This document shows positions 30,485-32,000 of a stretch of DNA of 32,000 bases, in pieces. This DNA is from Wolbachia endosymbiont of Dirofilaria (Dirofilaria) immitis. Its GTDB lineage: Bacteria > Pseudomonadota > Alphaproteobacteria > Rickettsiales > Anaplasmataceae. Where the stretch lies: contig NZ_CP046578.1 of assembly GCF_013365455.1 (NCBI RefSeq), positions 180,001 to 212,000 of the forward strand, written 5' to 3'. Each line of letters begins with the position of its first letter. Position 1 is the stretch's first letter. The translations under genes were made by a program, and so were the position numbers. The notes under the pieces are model-generated. The model was not told the origin of the DNA, made no database searches, and worked only from the letters and a program-made list of their open reading frames with translations.

Positions 30485-30961
30485 CTAATGCAATTTTTTA
30501 TTTAAGTCACGTGAAAGTGAAGATATAATATCGCTACTGCGCTTATCGTCATGGTGCACTTGTATTATTTTTTTTACAGCATCAGCGGCTATACTTGCTG
30601 TGCTAGCTTGTAAATCTTCAATAGCTTTTTCAACTTGGTCGGTGACTTTCTTTAGATGAAAACGTGCATTCTCATTCAACGTCTGATCCAATTGTTGTCT
30701 ATTATACTTAATGATTCTATTAGCCTTATTAAGGGCTTCACTCATTGTTTTATTAACCTCCGCATCTAATTTTTTGTATTTTTCAGAAGACTTTTTATAA
30801 TATTCTAACATATCTCTTTTAAATTTTTCAACCTCTTCATTTGTAAGTTTGCTCTTGTTACCTTTTTTATTAAGGGCGCTCTTTATTAGTTCTTTCAGCA
30901 GTCTATATGAAAGGATAAAACCTACTAAGAAAGCAAGGCCGATGATCATTGATGTAGACAT
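30485..30961 (-). CDS. atpF: F0 ATP synthase subunit b
   Basis: A single N-terminal TM helix is followed by a long charged coiled-coil. It is the last gene of the atpB-atpE-atpX-atpF cluster typical of alphaproteobacteria. Confidence 0.8.
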   Translation of the reverse strand: MSTSMIIGLAFLVGFILSYRLLKELIKSALNKKGNKSKLTNEEVEKFKRDMLEYYKKSSEKYKKLDAEVNKTMSEALNKANRIIKYNRQQLDQTLNENARFHLKKVTDQVEKAIEDLQASTASIAADAVKKIIQVHHDDKRSSDIISSLSRDLNKKLH

Positions 30962-30969
30962 AAAAACCT

Positions 30970-31449
30970 CTAAAATTCTTTAAATATTAAGTTAGTAACA
31001 AATTCCTCTTCAATTTCAGAATTAGTTAATTTATTGTAATAAATTAAAGCAATACCGGTAGCCATTTGCTTGAGTTCATTAATGTACTTAGATTTAAATT
31101 TTGCTACTTTTTCTTCAACAAGCTTGTTCATTTTTTTGTTTTCCTCTTCTATCGTGTTTTTCATGCTTATTCTCATTTCTTCTACTTGGACAAGTGCATT
31201 GTCTATAGCCTTTTTTGCTTGCATTTTAGCTTCATTTAGAACTAAGTTGTATCTAATAGCCTGATTTTCTATAAGCTTTAGGAGACAAATGGAACTATTA
31301 AAGGAATCTAATACTTTCTTGCTTCTAGTGTTTATTATTTCATCCAATTTTGGTAGAAATAAAAAGTTTACTATGAAAAAAAGCGAAGAAAAAAAAATCA
31401 AGAACCAAAAAACTTGAGAAAAGAAGGTTGAGACATCAAGTTGTGGCAT
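30970..31449 (-). CDS. atpX: F0 ATP synthase subunit b'
   Basis: MPQLDVSTFFSQVFWFLIFF is the canonical b' N-terminus. I prefer the ATG at 31449 over the TTG at 31461 used by the ORF track. Confidence 0.82.
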   Translation of the reverse strand: MPQLDVSTFFSQVFWFLIFFSSLFFIVNFLFLPKLDEIINTRSKKVLDSFNSSICLLKLIENQAIRYNLVLNEAKMQAKKAIDNALVQVEEMRISMKNTIEEENKKMNKLVEEKVAKFKSKYINELKQMATGIALIYYNKLTNSEIEEEFVTNLIFKEF

Positions 31450-31450
31450 A

Positions 31451-31678
31451 TTAAACAACAAATATTAATAGCAATGCAAGTAAAAATGCAAATAATCCCA
31501 TTGCTTCGACTAAAGCTGCTCCTGTATAGATATATTTTTTCATCTTGTCTTCTGACTCAGGGTTTCTTGCAAGTCCACTTAACATGGTAGAAAATATATT
31601 TGCTACACCAACACCGGCCCCGAGCATACCAAGCACACTTAACCCAATTGCTATAAACTTTAAAGCTGCTAAATCCAT
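31451..31678 (-). CDS. atpE: F0 ATP synthase subunit c
   Basis: 75-aa hairpin proteolipid with the GLARNPE loop (MLSGLARNPES) and a conserved carboxylate helix (AALVEAMGLF). Confidence 0.93.
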   Translation of the reverse strand: MDLAALKFIAIGLSVLGMLGAGVGVANIFSTMLSGLARNPESEDKMKKYIYTGAALVEAMGLFAFLLALLLIFVV

Positions 31679-31739
31679 GTATTACCTTTAATCATTTCCT
31701 TATAAGCTTAATTATAAAATGCCTTAAAGGTAAAGTCAA

Positions 31740-32000
31740 TTACTTTACTGTATCTGATAGATATACACATGTTAAGGAGGTGAATATATAGGCTTGTAAG
31801 ATTGCAACAAATACTTCAAATCCTATTAAGGTAATTATAAACAAAAACGGTATAGGAGTTAGAGTTAAATGCATATTTATAATAAACCCTGCTATTACCT
31901 TAATAATTGTATGACCTGCAATCATATTCGCAGCAAGCCTGATTGATAAACTTATAGGTCTTGCGAGGTAAGCAAATAGCTTGATAAAAACCATTATTGG
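31740..32000 (-). CDS. atpB: F0 ATP synthase subunit a, C-terminal part (5' end beyond the window)
   Basis: [13 protein letters not shown] contains the essential Arg motif RLxxNxxAGH. The ORF is open to the window edge. Confidence 0.9.
   Translation of the reverse strand, partial: PIMVFIKLFAYLARPISLSIRLAANMIAGHTIIKVIAGFIINMHLTLTPIPFLFIITLIGFEVFVAILQAYIFTSLTCVYLSDTVK

Noticed and set aside
31450-31461. TTG start for atpX at 31461
   Set aside because: The ATG at 31449 yields the canonical b' N-terminus MPQLD. The longer form would overlap the atpE stop without need.

Overview
Strongly AT-rich chromosomal segment from an obligate-intracellular alphaproteobacterium of the Anaplasmataceae type. 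The protein sequences and repeat-encoded peptides look most like a reduced-genome Wolbachia, but that assignment is inference from memory, not a search. Content is almost entirely housekeeping. It starts with the 23S rRNA 3' end and 5S rRNA. Next come rpmH-rnpA, an orphan pstC-like permease, atpD-atpC, transaldolase, a TrxB-like ferredoxin-NADP reductase and pgk. A minus-strand block follows: tandemly duplicated exoD, cysS and a yqaA-like gene. Then come tatA, an ABC ATPase, tRNA-Arg(CCT), an NDUFA12-like gene, mrpD, rodA, dapD, a small two-gene hypothetical cassette, an NDUFAF7/MidA-like methyltransferase, gltX, pccA, ctaA, and atpB(partial)-atpE-atpX-atpF. I see no CRISPR array, IS or transposase, prophage gene, or recognisable defence or secretion system. 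Three things stand out. (1) A short palindromic repeat family sits in-frame, in the same orientation and codon phase, inside three unrelated conserved genes (NDUFAF7-like, pccA twice, ctaA as a composite of about 91 codons). Weaker copies lie in intergenic spacers, and the behaviour resembles Rickettsia RPEs. (2) Seven spacers of 0.6 to 1.7 kb, about 7.7 kb of the 32 kb, have no assignable gene and show strand-asymmetric purine content, suggesting decayed genes. (3) A 769-bp tandem duplication produced two intact exoD paralogues and carried along a dead copy of the first codons of cysS. rpmH and tatA are real genes missing from the ORF track because they are under 60 aa.
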